Positions 8,754 through 17,857 of a DNA stretch of 32,000 nucleotides are shown one piece after another; the first letter of the stretch is position 1, and each line of letters begins with the position of its first letter. The stretch spans positions 330,001 to 362,000 of the forward strand of contig NZ_CP046534.1 of NCBI RefSeq assembly GCF_009827135.1, given 5' to 3'. This DNA comes from Blochmannia endosymbiont of Camponotus nipponensis. Lineage in GTDB: Bacteria > Pseudomonadota > Gammaproteobacteria > Enterobacterales > Enterobacteriaceae. The position numbers were made by a program, and so were the translations under genes. The notes beneath the pieces are model-generated. The model was not told where the DNA came from. It ran no database searches and saw only the letters and a list, made by a program, of their open reading frames with translations.

Positions 8754-10499
8754 ATTACCCGTATTCCAAACACAATAATTAATGAATTGATATCGCGTAC
8801 TAATATTGTAGATTTAATTAGTCAACGCATCTCTTTAAAAAAACAAGGAAAAAATTTTTTGGCTTGTTGCCCATTTCATGCCGAAAAAAACCCATCATTT
8901 ACTGTTAATACCGAAAAACAATTCTACTATTGTTTCAGTTGTGGATCACACGGCAACGTAATAGATTTTTTGATGAATTATGATCGACTTACATTCATTG
9001 AAACCATCAAAGAACTATCAATGATGCATGATTTCTCAATAAAGAGAGATTCAAATATTTATAAAGATAACAATTACAATAAAAATAATTTATACCAATT
9101 AATGAATAAACTATGCACATACTATAAAGATATCTTAAAACAAAAAAAATATTTATATGTTTATAAATATTTACAGAACCGTGGATTAAATGAAAAATCT
9201 ATTTCTGACTTCAATATTGGATTTGCTCCATCAAAATGGAATAATATAATACAAAAATTTAATCTTACACCATACGATCAAACACTACTTGATCAATCAG
9301 GTATGTTAATTAGTAGTAACACAAAATATAAACATGATCGATTTCGTAACCGACTGATGTTTCCTATACGAGATACAATAGGCAGAATTATAGCATTCGG
9401 AGGTCGTGTTATTGAATACAACAAGACACCTAAATATTTAAATTCACCAGATACCGAAATTTTTAAAAAAAGTCAGCACTTATACGGCTTATACGAAGCT
9501 CGTACCCAGTGCAAAAATCTCTCTTGTATACTTTTAGTAGAAGGTTACATAGATGTTATTTCATTAACACAATTTGGAATCAACTATTCAGTAGCTTCTT
9601 TAGGCACTTCTATTACTGATAATCATATTCGATTAATGTATAATATCACTGATCAAATTGTCTGTTGTTTTGATGGCGATTATGCTGGGAAACAAGCTGC
9701 TTGGCGTACATTAAACACTGCTCTACCATATCTTACTGACAATCGTCATATATATTTCGTGTTCTTACCTTCTGGGGAAGACCCAGATACATTAATACGT
9801 AAAATAGGGAAAGATAGATTTTTAAAAAAATTAACAAAAAAACAAGATTTATCAAATTTTTTATTTGAAACATTATCAAAAAAAATAAATTTACAAACAT
9901 TAGCGGGTCGAGTTAAATTAAGCAGCTTAATTTTACCTATGATTCACAAAATTCCAGGACCAACACTAAAATTATGTTTATTACAACAATTAGGTAACAA
10001 AATAGGAATTCTAGATGACAACAAATTAAACCAGTTACTTAAAAAAAAAACTATTGCATCTACTACTAACAAAATACAAAAAAATTATATAAATTACAGC
10101 ATAACACACGTATTAATAGGATTATTGATACAATATCCAAAACTTTCAAAATTAATACCAAATATACAAGGATTAGAACAATGCAAACAAGACAATATCG
10201 TAATTTTTATTGATTTAGTACAAACATGTAAAAAATATCCAACATTGACTGCTGCGCAATTATTAGAACATTATCGTGAGAATAAATTTTTTTCAAAACT
10301 TGAAACACTAGCATATTGGAACCACTTAATTACCAATGATATGATAGAAACTACTTTTATTGATGCGTTAACTAAATTATATAATTTAACTCTTGAGCAA
10401 CGTCAAGAAAAACTTATTGCTCGCGATCGTATATTTGGTCTAACAAAACAAGAACGTCAAGAATTGTGGTTGTTAAACCAAAAATTATCGAAATACTAA
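8754..10499 (+). CDS. dnaG: DNA primase
   Basis: Zinc-ribbon motif CCPFH.EK.PSFTVN.EKQFY.CF.CG.HGN.IDFLM.Y, RNRLMFPI.D..GR.I.FGGR, and TOPRIM motifs VEGY.DV and CFDGD.AG. The stop at 10499 is secure. The ORF track starts at TTG 8787, but the in-frame upstream codons encode TRIPNTIINE, matching E. coli GRIPRVFIND. I therefore place the start at ATT 8754, which lies 6 nt after AAGGA (see finding). The start codon is uncertain. Confidence 0.9.
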   Translation: MTRIPNTIINELISRTNIVDLISQRISLKKQGKNFLACCPFHAEKNPSFTVNTEKQFYYCFSCGSHGNVIDFLMNYDRLTFIETIKELSMMHDFSIKRDSNIYKDNNYNKNNLYQLMNKLCTYYKDILKQKKYLYVYKYLQNRGLNEKSISDFNIGFAPSKWNNIIQKFNLTPYDQTLLDQSGMLISSNTKYKHDRFRNRLMFPIRDTIGRIIAFGGRVIEYNKTPKYLNSPDTEIFKKSQHLYGLYEARTQCKNLSCILLVEGYIDVISLTQFGINYSVASLGTSITDNHIRLMYNITDQIVCCFDGDYAGKQAAWRTLNTALPYLTDNRHIYFVFLPSGEDPDTLIRKIGKDRFLKKLTKKQDLSNFLFETLSKKINLQTLAGRVKLSSLILPMIHKIPGPTLKLCLLQQLGNKIGILDDNKLNQLLKKKTIASTTNKIQKNYINYSITHVLIGLLIQYPKLSKLIPNIQGLEQCKQDNIVIFIDLVQTCKKYPTLTAAQLLEHYRENKFFSKLETLAYWNHLITNDMIETTFIDALTKLYNLTLEQRQEKLIARDRIFGLTKQERQELWLLNQKLSKY

Positions 10500-10673
10500 C
10501 ATAAAAATTATAAACTCTTTGGATTCAATATTACTAATGAAAACAATCATGAAAATACCTCCTGAATAAATTATTTTTTAATAATTTTATTTACATATCA
10601 TCGATAGATGGGGTATTACACCACTATTATACTTTTAAATACAAATATTACTTCAAAATGTGGAAGTCTTTTT

Positions 10674-12512
10674 ATGGAACATAACCCACAATCACGACTT
10701 AAGTTACTCGTTACACTCGGGAAGGAACAAGGATATTTAACATTTTCTGAAGTTAATGATCATTTACCAGAAGATATTGTAGATCCTAGTCAAATAGAAA
10801 ATATAATTCAAATGATGAATGATATGGGTATTCAAGTCATGGAAGAAGCTCCCAATTCCGACGATTTCTTATTAATCGAACACACACATTCTACTAATGA
10901 TGAAGAAGAAGTGACGGAAGCAACTGTACAAGCATTAACTAGTGTTAATGTATCAGAATTAGGTAAAACAACAGATCCAGTACGAATGTATATGCGAGAA
11001 ATGGGTACTGTGGAATTATTAACACGAGAAGGTGAGATAGATATCGCTAAAAGAATTGAAGATGGAATAAATCAAGTGCAATGTTCAGTTGCTGAATATC
11101 CAGAAGCAATTACTTATCTTTTAGAACAATATCAACGAGTAGAAACTGGTGAAACAAGACTTTCAGACTTAATTACAGGTTTTGTTGATCCTGATGTGGA
11201 CGAAAATATATCAATACATACAAACATAACCCATATAACTTCTGAAGTCATTACTGAACCAATACCTGATGACGATGAAGAAGAAAATAATGATGACAAT
11301 CATATTGATCCAGAAATAGCTCGTAAAAAATTCATAGAACTACGCAACCAATATGAAGTAACACGGAATACAATCAAATATAATGGACGCAATCATATTC
11401 AAGCATCACAAGAAATTTTAAAGCTTTCTGAAGTATTTAAACAATTTAGATTAGTTCCAAAACAATTTGATTACTTAGTTAATAATATGCGCTCTATGAT
11501 AGAACGCGTGCGTACACAAGAACGATTAATTATGAAATTATGTGTTGAAAATAGTAAAATGCCTAAAAAAAACTTCATAGAATTATTTGCAGGTAATGAA
11601 ACCAATAAAATTTGGTTTGATACAGCTTTATCTATGCGTACATCATGGGCGGAAAAATTACATAAAGTTAATGAAGACGTGCAGAATAGTTTATCAAAAC
11701 TACATCAAATTGAAAAAGAAACAGGACTCACAATAGAACAAGTAAAAGATATCAATCGTCGCATGTCTATTGGAGAAGCTAAAGCTCGAAGAGCTAAAAA
11801 AGAAATGGTTGAAGCTAATCTTCGTTTAGTTATATCTATTGCTAAAAAATACACAAATAGAGGACTACAATTTTTAGATTTAATACAAGAGGGTAATATT
11901 GGTTTGATGAAAGCTGTAGACAAATTTGAATATCGTCGTGGTTATAAATTTTCCACTTATGCTACTTGGTGGATTCGTCAAGCAATTACTAGATCGATAG
12001 CAGACCAAGCACGTACCATCCGCATTCCGGTTCACATGATAGAAACTATTAATAAACTCAACCGCATTTCTCGACAAATGTTACAAGAAATAGGACACGA
12101 ACCAACACCAGAGGAACTAGCAGAACGTATGCTCATACCAGAAGACAAAATTAGAAAAGTGTTAAAAATTGCTAAAGAACCTATTTCCATGGAAACCCCT
12201 ATAGGAGATGATGAAGATTCTCATCTTGGAGATTTTATAGAAGATACTAATCTTGATTTACCTCTAGATTCAGCAACTTCAGATAATTTACGTACTGCCA
12301 CTCATGATGTACTCTCCGGATTAACTCCAAGAGAAGCCAAAGTACTACGTATGAGATTTGGTATTGATATGAATACTGATCATACTCTAGAAGAAGTAGG
12401 TAAACAATTTGATGTAACTCGCGAACGCATTCGTCAAATAGAAGCAAAAGCTTTAAGAAAACTACGTCATCCCAGCCGATCTGAAATATTACGAAGCTTT
12501 TTAGATGACTAA
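10674..12512 (+). CDS. rpoD: RNA polymerase sigma factor sigma-70
   Basis: From [33 protein letters not shown] to the C-terminal ..[17 protein letters not shown] the product is nearly identical to E. coli RpoD. Regions 2-4 are almost invariant and an acidic non-conserved spacer is present. The ATG at 10674 corresponds to the E. coli start. The 22 codons added by the ORF-track start at 10608 have no counterpart. Confidence 0.97.
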   Translation: MEHNPQSRLKLLVTLGKEQGYLTFSEVNDHLPEDIVDPSQIENIIQMMNDMGIQVMEEAPNSDDFLLIEHTHSTNDEEEVTEATVQALTSVNVSELGKTTDPVRMYMREMGTVELLTREGEIDIAKRIEDGINQVQCSVAEYPEAITYLLEQYQRVETGETRLSDLITGFVDPDVDENISIHTNITHITSEVITEPIPDDDEEENNDDNHIDPEIARKKFIELRNQYEVTRNTIKYNGRNHIQASQEILKLSEVFKQFRLVPKQFDYLVNNMRSMIERVRTQERLIMKLCVENSKMPKKNFIELFAGNETNKIWFDTALSMRTSWAEKLHKVNEDVQNSLSKLHQIEKETGLTIEQVKDINRRMSIGEAKARRAKKEMVEANLRLVISIAKKYTNRGLQFLDLIQEGNIGLMKAVDKFEYRRGYKFSTYATWWIRQAITRSIADQARTIRIPVHMIETINKLNRISRQMLQEIGHEPTPEELAERMLIPEDKIRKVLKIAKEPISMETPIGDDEDSHLGDFIEDTNLDLPLDSATSDNLRTATHDVLSGLTPREAKVLRMRFGIDMNTDHTLEEVGKQFDVTRERIRQIEAKALRKLRHPSRSEILRSFLDD

Positions 12513-12804
12513 ATGAACGTAACTCAAAAAATCACAATATAACCGTATTATTGTGGTATAAGAGACTATATATAATATTATAATATATGAGTGCAATACA
12601 TAACATCAAAAACAATAATTTTTGCACACTATATGTATGTATTATACACTAAATTATCTGACGCATTAATGAATACAAATATATAATAAATCAATAATAA
12701 ACCTAATGAATATTAGGTACAATACATATTATTTTATTTAATAAAATATACAAATTTTGTATATAACATGAAATAATATAGTAAACTATTTACAAATACA
12801 ATCA

Positions 12805-12879
12805 GGCCCCTTAGCTCAGATTGGTTAGAGCAGGCGACTCATAATCGCTTGGTCGCTGGTTCAAATCCAGCAGGGGCCA
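12805..12879 (+). tRNA. ileX: tRNA-Ile2 (anticodon CAU, lysidine-type; ileX homolog)
   Basis: The sequence is GGCCCCTTAGCTCAGATTGGTTAGAGCAGGCGACTCATAATCGCTTGGTCGCTGGTTCAAATCCAGCAGGGGCCA. It folds as a cloverleaf with a 7-bp acceptor stem, D stem GCTC/GAGC, anticodon loop CTCATAA (CAT at 12840-12842) and T arm GCTGG/CCAGC. It is almost base-for-base E. coli ileX, as I recall that sequence. No CCA is encoded; TAT follows the discriminator A. Confidence 0.9.
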
Positions 12880-13025
12880 TATACAGATATATACGTTATG
12901 TTAGATATCTATAAATCACATATAAACCCAATTAATTTAAAACATCATTTTTACTAAAATAAATAAAAAATTGATATCTTTCCGATTATTTCATTATTAT
13001 TATTGTGAATTCTTATTGTTATATA

Positions 13026-13583
13026 CTATAATACAAACGGCACTTCTAACCTTTCCAAAAGGAAACCTAAAAAAACAAGCACAAACACCCATACAAATGA
13101 ACTGATCCAATTAAATAATTGAAAGCGAACGGAATTTAATCCAGATACTCCTGCAATAATAGGTAATACTGTTCTTACAAACACTATAAACCGACCAATA
13201 AAAAAAGCCGTAGGTAATCCATGTCTGTTGATTATATAAATTGCCTTTTGATATGATTTATTTGGTAAAAAAGATAACCAACGTTTTAAAATTTTACTAT
13301 TTTTTAGAAATTTACCTTGTAAATAACTCATCCAACTACCCAAACCTGCAGCTATTGTTAATATCCCTATAGTGATAACAAAATTCAAAGTACCTTTTGC
13401 AATTAAAATTCCCAATATGACCAACAAACTATCTCCAGGCAAAAAAACAGCTATAAGAACAGCATTCTCCAAAAAAAGAATGAGAAATATTAAAAAATAA
13501 ATAGCTAACAAAAATTTTATATTATTTCCTAATGTAAAATTATTTTGCCATACTACGTTGAATAGTTCTTTTAACATATTCAT
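13026..13583 (-). CDS. DedA-family inner-membrane protein (YqjA/YghB-like)
   Basis: ILFLENA.L.A.FLPGDSLLV..G.LIAKG, ...L.HGL...FIGRF..FVRT.LP..AG.SGLN..RFQ.FNW.S is the DedA signature shared by E. coli YqjA/YghB. The product is 185 aa. It appears to end about 35 aa earlier than the roughly 220-aa E. coli proteins, as I recall them. Confidence 0.78.
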   Translation of the reverse strand: MNMLKELFNVVWQNNFTLGNNIKFLLAIYFLIFLILFLENAVLIAVFLPGDSLLVILGILIAKGTLNFVITIGILTIAAGLGSWMSYLQGKFLKNSKILKRWLSFLPNKSYQKAIYIINRHGLPTAFFIGRFIVFVRTVLPIIAGVSGLNSVRFQLFNWISSFVWVFVLVFLGFLLERLEVPFVL

Positions 13584-14179
13584 TATTTAATTAATTCCAT
13601 AGTGTATAAAATACATATCAAATTAAATAATTATATTTATCGAATACATTTAACATAATGAAATCACTTATCAATAAAAACTTATATGAAATGCGTAATC
13701 TTAAAAAGAACTTTGTACAAAGTAATCCAGCTACAATTTTTATAATTGATAATATTTGGATTAATTACTACGATTATAATATTTTATAAATATTTTATAG
13801 GGATATCAAATTTCTAATTTTATATATATAATATATATACTATTACATATGTTTTCATAAAACAGCACACTACTAACAATATTAACTATTATTTTAAAAA
13901 ATATAAAAACTACTGCCTATATACTAAAACTACTAATAATACGTATAAATATCAACTTAAATAGATATATATATCTATCTGTCTAAATAAATAACAATTA
14001 TTCATCACAAAATATCTATCTTTCAAGCAACTCATAATTTTATAAAAATACAGTCTTTACTACTATGATTAATATCATGTTTTCAACACTAATTACCTAA
14101 AAATATTATTTTGATACAACATTAATATTTTTCGTATAAAAACAGTAACTCACTACTACATAATAACTATTTATTGTCA

Positions 14180-14595
14180 ATAAGGAGTCAGCCGTTAAGC
14201 CGGGTTCTGTCTTGGACAATCATTCATCTAAACTAACATTCGCATATTAGTTTTAGCAGCTTACCCAAGTTCAGTACGGACCATACTATTGAACTTCTAT
14301 TTAGCCTTGCTCCGAGTGGAGTTTACATAACACGAACTGTTACCAATTCGGATGGTGTGCTCTTACCACACCTTTTCACCCTTACCCATACATACTGGCA
14401 TAAGAGTAAATTTATTATGCCAGTATGTATGGGCGGTTTTCTTTCTGTTGCACTTGTCGTAGATTCATATCTCCCAGGTATTACCTGGCACTCTGTCCTA
14501 TGGAGCCCGGACTTTCCTCTCCTCCATTTATATTATACCAATTATATGATAATCACTATAAATATAAAGAAGCAGCGATTGTCTAGCCAACTCCC
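14180..14595 (-). ncRNA. rnpB: RNase P RNA (M1 RNA, bacterial type A)
   Basis: The reverse complement reads GGAGTTGGCTAGACAATCGCTGCTTC ... GGAGGAGAGGAAAGTCCGGGCTCCATAGGACAGAGTGCCAGGTAA ... CAAGTGCAACAGAAAG.AAACCGCC ... GGTAAGGGTGAAAAGGTG.GGTAAGAGC.CACC ... GGTAACAG ... GTAAACTCCAC.CGGAGCAAGGC.AAATAG ... CCGTACTGAAC..GGGTA.GCTGCT ... TAGATGAATGA.TGTCCA.GACAGAACCCGGCTTA.CGG.TGA. This is colinear with E. coli rnpB, including all universally conserved blocks. P1 pairs GGAGUUGGCU with GGCUGACUCC. The ends are good to a few nt. Confidence 0.92.
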
Positions 14596-14601
14596 GAGCA
14601 T

Positions 14602-14629
14602 ATTATAACTGTTTTTCATACCATGTCAT
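14602..14629 (-). promoter_or_regulatory. Candidate sigma-70 promoter of rnpB overlapping the last codons of rsmI
   Basis: On the - strand: ATGACA (14629-14624), a 16-nt spacer, then TATAAT (14607-14602), then 6 nt to the G run that starts the RNase P RNA (14595). The -35 hexamer lies inside the rsmI codons GAT GAC ATG. The rsmI TGA stop (14618-14616) lies inside the spacer. Confidence 0.5.
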
Positions 14630-15521
14630 CAATCAAATGGCTCTGATCTTTAATCTTATTTGATTTTTCTCTCAAATACTTTTTATAAAGTACATTCTTT
14701 CGAACACCATATATATATCCAACCAAAGTAGCAGCTCTTTTTACAGATAACTCGGATGCTAATAACTTCATCACACTAAATACTTTTGGTGATAATTTCT
14801 TCCTTTTAAGAGAATGTCCTGCGACCACCAAAACTATCTCTCCTTGAATCCGAGAATTATCCTCTTGCACCCAAGATAACAATTGACCAATAGGTGCTCC
14901 ATCAATAGACTCCCATACTTTAGTTAATTCTCGTGCTAATACAACATAACGTTCTAACCCAAAAACACTAGCTATATCTTGTAAAGTCTCTATTATTCGA
15001 TGTTTTACATCATAAAAAATTAATGTACGCGATTCTTCTAATAAAACTTGTAAACGACCTATTCGTAAATTACGTTTATGTGGTAAAAATCCTTCAAAAC
15101 AAAAACGATGTGTTGGTAATCCAGATCCACATAATGCAGTGATTGCTGCACATGGACCAGGTAACGGAATAATTCTAATTCTTGCTTTCTGACAAGATTT
15201 CACCAACAAATATCCTGGATCATTAATCAATGGAGTACCCGCATCAGATACTAAAGCAACACTTAATCCTGCTTGTAATTTTGATATTAATATTGGTATT
15301 TTTTTAAATTCATTATGCTGATTTAATACACACAAAGATACACGAATAGAAAAAAAATTTAGCAATATATGAGTACGACGTGTATCCTCTGCAGCAACAC
15401 AATCTACTTGACGTAAGACTGATAACGCGCGATACGTAATATCCTGCAGATTTCCTATAGGAGTCGGAACTATATACAATGCAGGTACAGATACGCAATC
15501 AATTACTGAAGATAACATCAT
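14616..15521 (-). CDS. rsmI: 16S rRNA (cytidine1402-2'-O)-methyltransferase
   Basis: LYIVPTPIGNL.DIT.RAL.VL..VD..AAEDTR.T..LL, ALVSDAGTPLINDPGY.LV, IPLPGPCAAITAL...GLP..RFC.EGFLP, RTLIFY...HR, RYVVLARELTK.WE.I.GAP.G.LL.WV.ED..R..GE.VL.V.GH. This is colinear with E. coli RsmI (YraL). The start is either of two adjacent Met codons (15521 or 15518). Confidence 0.9.
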   Translation of the reverse strand: MMLSSVIDCVSVPALYIVPTPIGNLQDITYRALSVLRQVDCVAAEDTRRTHILLNFFSIRVSLCVLNQHNEFKKIPILISKLQAGLSVALVSDAGTPLINDPGYLLVKSCQKARIRIIPLPGPCAAITALCGSGLPTHRFCFEGFLPHKRNLRIGRLQVLLEESRTLIFYDVKHRIIETLQDIASVFGLERYVVLARELTKVWESIDGAPIGQLLSWVQEDNSRIQGEIVLVVAGHSLKRKKLSPKVFSVMKLLASELSVKRAATLVGYIYGVRKNVLYKKYLREKSNKIKDQSHLIDDMV

Positions 15522-16032
15522 TTTTACATACTATCATTCAAATCAACAAACACCATTTTAATAAAAATCATCAAAAATTTTTATATTTTTTATCTAAAAA
15601 AGATTTCAACCCACAACCTATTATTTTAATATCAACATTAATGATAACTCATAACATCATCACAATTAAATTCACAAGTATCTCGAAAAATATATTTTTA
15701 AAATTAAACGACATTAAATTATTAAAACACTATTATTTATCACATAATCTATTTTAAAACAATCTCCCAATAATATTACACTTCAAAAAATAGTAAATAT
15801 AATTAAACATTCAAAACAATCTCGTAGATATACTATTCTTTTCAAGCATATCCTGATAATTACGTTATACTATATATATTTATATGCATAAAATATAATT
15901 AAAACATAGTTACTGTTACTAAGTTATAATATTCAAATAAATTATTTAAAATAACTTATTTATTAAAACCATAATAAAAAATTAATACTAATGTTGTATC
16001 TTTATGGCTTCTGAACACATACATTCATATAA

Positions 16033-16623
16033 ATGAATATTAAATATCATATAATTATTCAAACATTATTAATTTCATTTTTTGTATTAACGTTACATGC
16101 TTGCTGTTCAAGCATCCTAACTATTGGTTCTGCTGCGTTAATAACCACAACATGGAATGATCCTCGTACTATTGGTACTCAATTGGATGATAGTATTTTG
16201 AAAGCTCATATTGCTCATGCTCTTCATAAAAATCAACATATCAAAAAATCATCAAGAATAAAAAGTACTGTATATCAAGGCAATGTATTATTAACTGGAC
16301 AAACTTCTTCTATTTCTATTGCTGAAGAAGCCATACAAATAGTCATGCAAATTAACGGAACAAAAAATATTTATAATGCAATTCGTCAAAATACACCAAT
16401 ATGCACACGATCTATTCTAATAGATATCTGGATTAGCAGTCAAATACGCTTAAATCTATTTATTAAAAAAGGTATAAATACTGCTAATATTAAAATAATT
16501 ACAGAAAACAAAGAAGTATTTCTTTTAGGAATTGTTACCCATGAAGAAAATAAATATACCAAAAAAATTGCGAATTCAGTAAACGGAGTAAAAAATGTAT
16601 TTACTGTGTTTTCTTATACATAA
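16033..16623 (+). CDS. dolP: BON-domain outer-membrane lipoprotein DolP (YraP)
   Basis: The N-terminal signal sequence ends ..LTLHAC, which is lipobox-like. It is followed by DPR.IGTQ.DD, IKK..RI..T.YQG.VLL.GQ, I.M...G....YN.IRQ, DIWI.SQ.R..L, N.KI.TEN.EVFL.G.VT..E......A..V.GVK.V.T.F. This gives two BON repeats colinear with E. coli YraP/DolP (191 aa). Confidence 0.85.
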   Translation: MNIKYHIIIQTLLISFFVLTLHACCSSILTIGSAALITTTWNDPRTIGTQLDDSILKAHIAHALHKNQHIKKSSRIKSTVYQGNVLLTGQTSSISIAEEAIQIVMQINGTKNIYNAIRQNTPICTRSILIDIWISSQIRLNLFIKKGINTANIKIITENKEVFLLGIVTHEENKYTKKIANSVNGVKNVFTVFSYT

Positions 16624-17857
16624 AATACGAGACATAATTAAAAACTACATCAAAAAAAATTCTAAATATAGAAAGTTACTGATAAAAAATACATCTAATA
16701 CATTATAATATATATTTATAAATTAATGTTACTTTAAATATCACCCATAAACACTTAAAAAATAACATATTTATAAATATACAAAAATCACAACTAAATA
16801 ATACAACCTTTTTCCACTATCCATCCATAATTTACAATCTATAAACATATACAATAATTAACATAAAACAATAATAAATATATAGATTATTTATATAAAA
16901 TAAAATTTTTCATGTTGTATCTGATGATTCAATCCCCCATTCAATAACCCAATTACATTTCCTAATATCAATGTATACGGAACTGAACTACAATCACACA
17001 TTTATATGACTTTATAAAAACATCTAACCCCACATACACATTTAAATCATATTACTAAATTTAGCTTGAAATTGTCACAAATTTGTTCCTAATCAATACA
17101 TATATCGATACTCACTCAAATTAAATTAACTCTAATCTCGTTAAGAACAAGAGAATATTTGCTTCATGATAATATAGTTATAAACATAATCAAATTGCCA
17201 CAATTTACTATTTACATTATTAATATAAAAACCAATCACCATCATGTACCAACTTTTATTTAAAACAATAACTATTAAAAATATCTTACATTCCAAGATA
17301 ACAAAAATTAATTCGTATATTATTATATACGATTACTCTACCATAATTATTTTTATCCTCTTCCAATAAAAGAATTTACCACTAACTTTATATATTTGAT
17401 TGATCAAATATATAAGAAATAAAAAACTATAATGCTTATTATATAACTAATTACTGTTACAATCAACAACTAAAAATAGCCACCTGAATTTAAAAATCAT
17501 TTGATTAAACACACAAAAACACTGTATTTTCTCTAAATTCACACTAAAATTTGTTAAATAACTAATATAAACAGACAACCTATCCTGATCTTCTCTAAAA
17601 TATTTATCTACCAAATTACAATAAATGCTGATTCAATACATCAAAATTATATCAACCATACCATCATCAACCTAATATTGCCATCATCTTACTCATCAAA
17701 CTATGCCAATATAATTAAGTCCAACACTTATTACGTTTTTTATTCTTAATAAAAATTTTATATTTCACTTCAAAAATTACTAACATAGTAATATAAAAAA
17801 TAAATAAATCCTACTACTCATTCACTAATGCAAACGCAAGACTATATTTAATAGATA
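16624..17857. other. 1.23-kb non-coding, G-depleted spacer (probable eroded or deleted gene space)
   Basis: No ORF of 60 codons or more is listed on either strand. A 156-nt stretch (16729-16884) has no G on the + strand. I could find no GC-rich island or RNA-like fold. It contains only short AT palindromes (17313-17332 and 17388-17415). Confidence 0.5.

Noticed and set aside
10608-10673. Upstream ORF-track starts that extend conserved proteins: rpoD at 10608, uppP at 5972, tsaD at 8257, murA at 22732, ribB at 840, lptA at 26015 and the permease at 28785.
   Set aside because: The extensions have no counterpart in the E. coli orthologs. Several begin at TTG or GTG. An internal ATG coincides with the conserved N-terminus in each case.
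12531-12557. A hairpin about 20 nt after the rpoD stop (CACAATA ... TATTGTG, extendable to 9 pairs including a G-U wobble), considered as the operon terminator.
   Set aside because: No U-tract follows it (ATAAGAGAC), the stem is AT-rich and the loop is 9 nt. I cannot support an intrinsic terminator call. The same applies to the weak stem before TTTTT at about 14140-14160 downstream of rnpB, and to AATACA-tcc-TGTATT at about 21381-21395 after degQ.
13961-13978. The 18-bp palindrome ATAGATATATATATCTAT. Also the 16-bp TATCAATATATTGATA at about 1562-1577.
   Set aside because: These are (TA)n-based low-complexity palindromes that arise readily by slippage. There is no positional link to any gene start or end.
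14357-14608. An 83-codon + strand ORF in an unusually GC-rich patch.
   Set aside because: It lies entirely antisense to the RNase P RNA. The GC richness and the internal palindrome are the conserved rnpB core and its P12 hairpin. It has no SD and no protein similarity.
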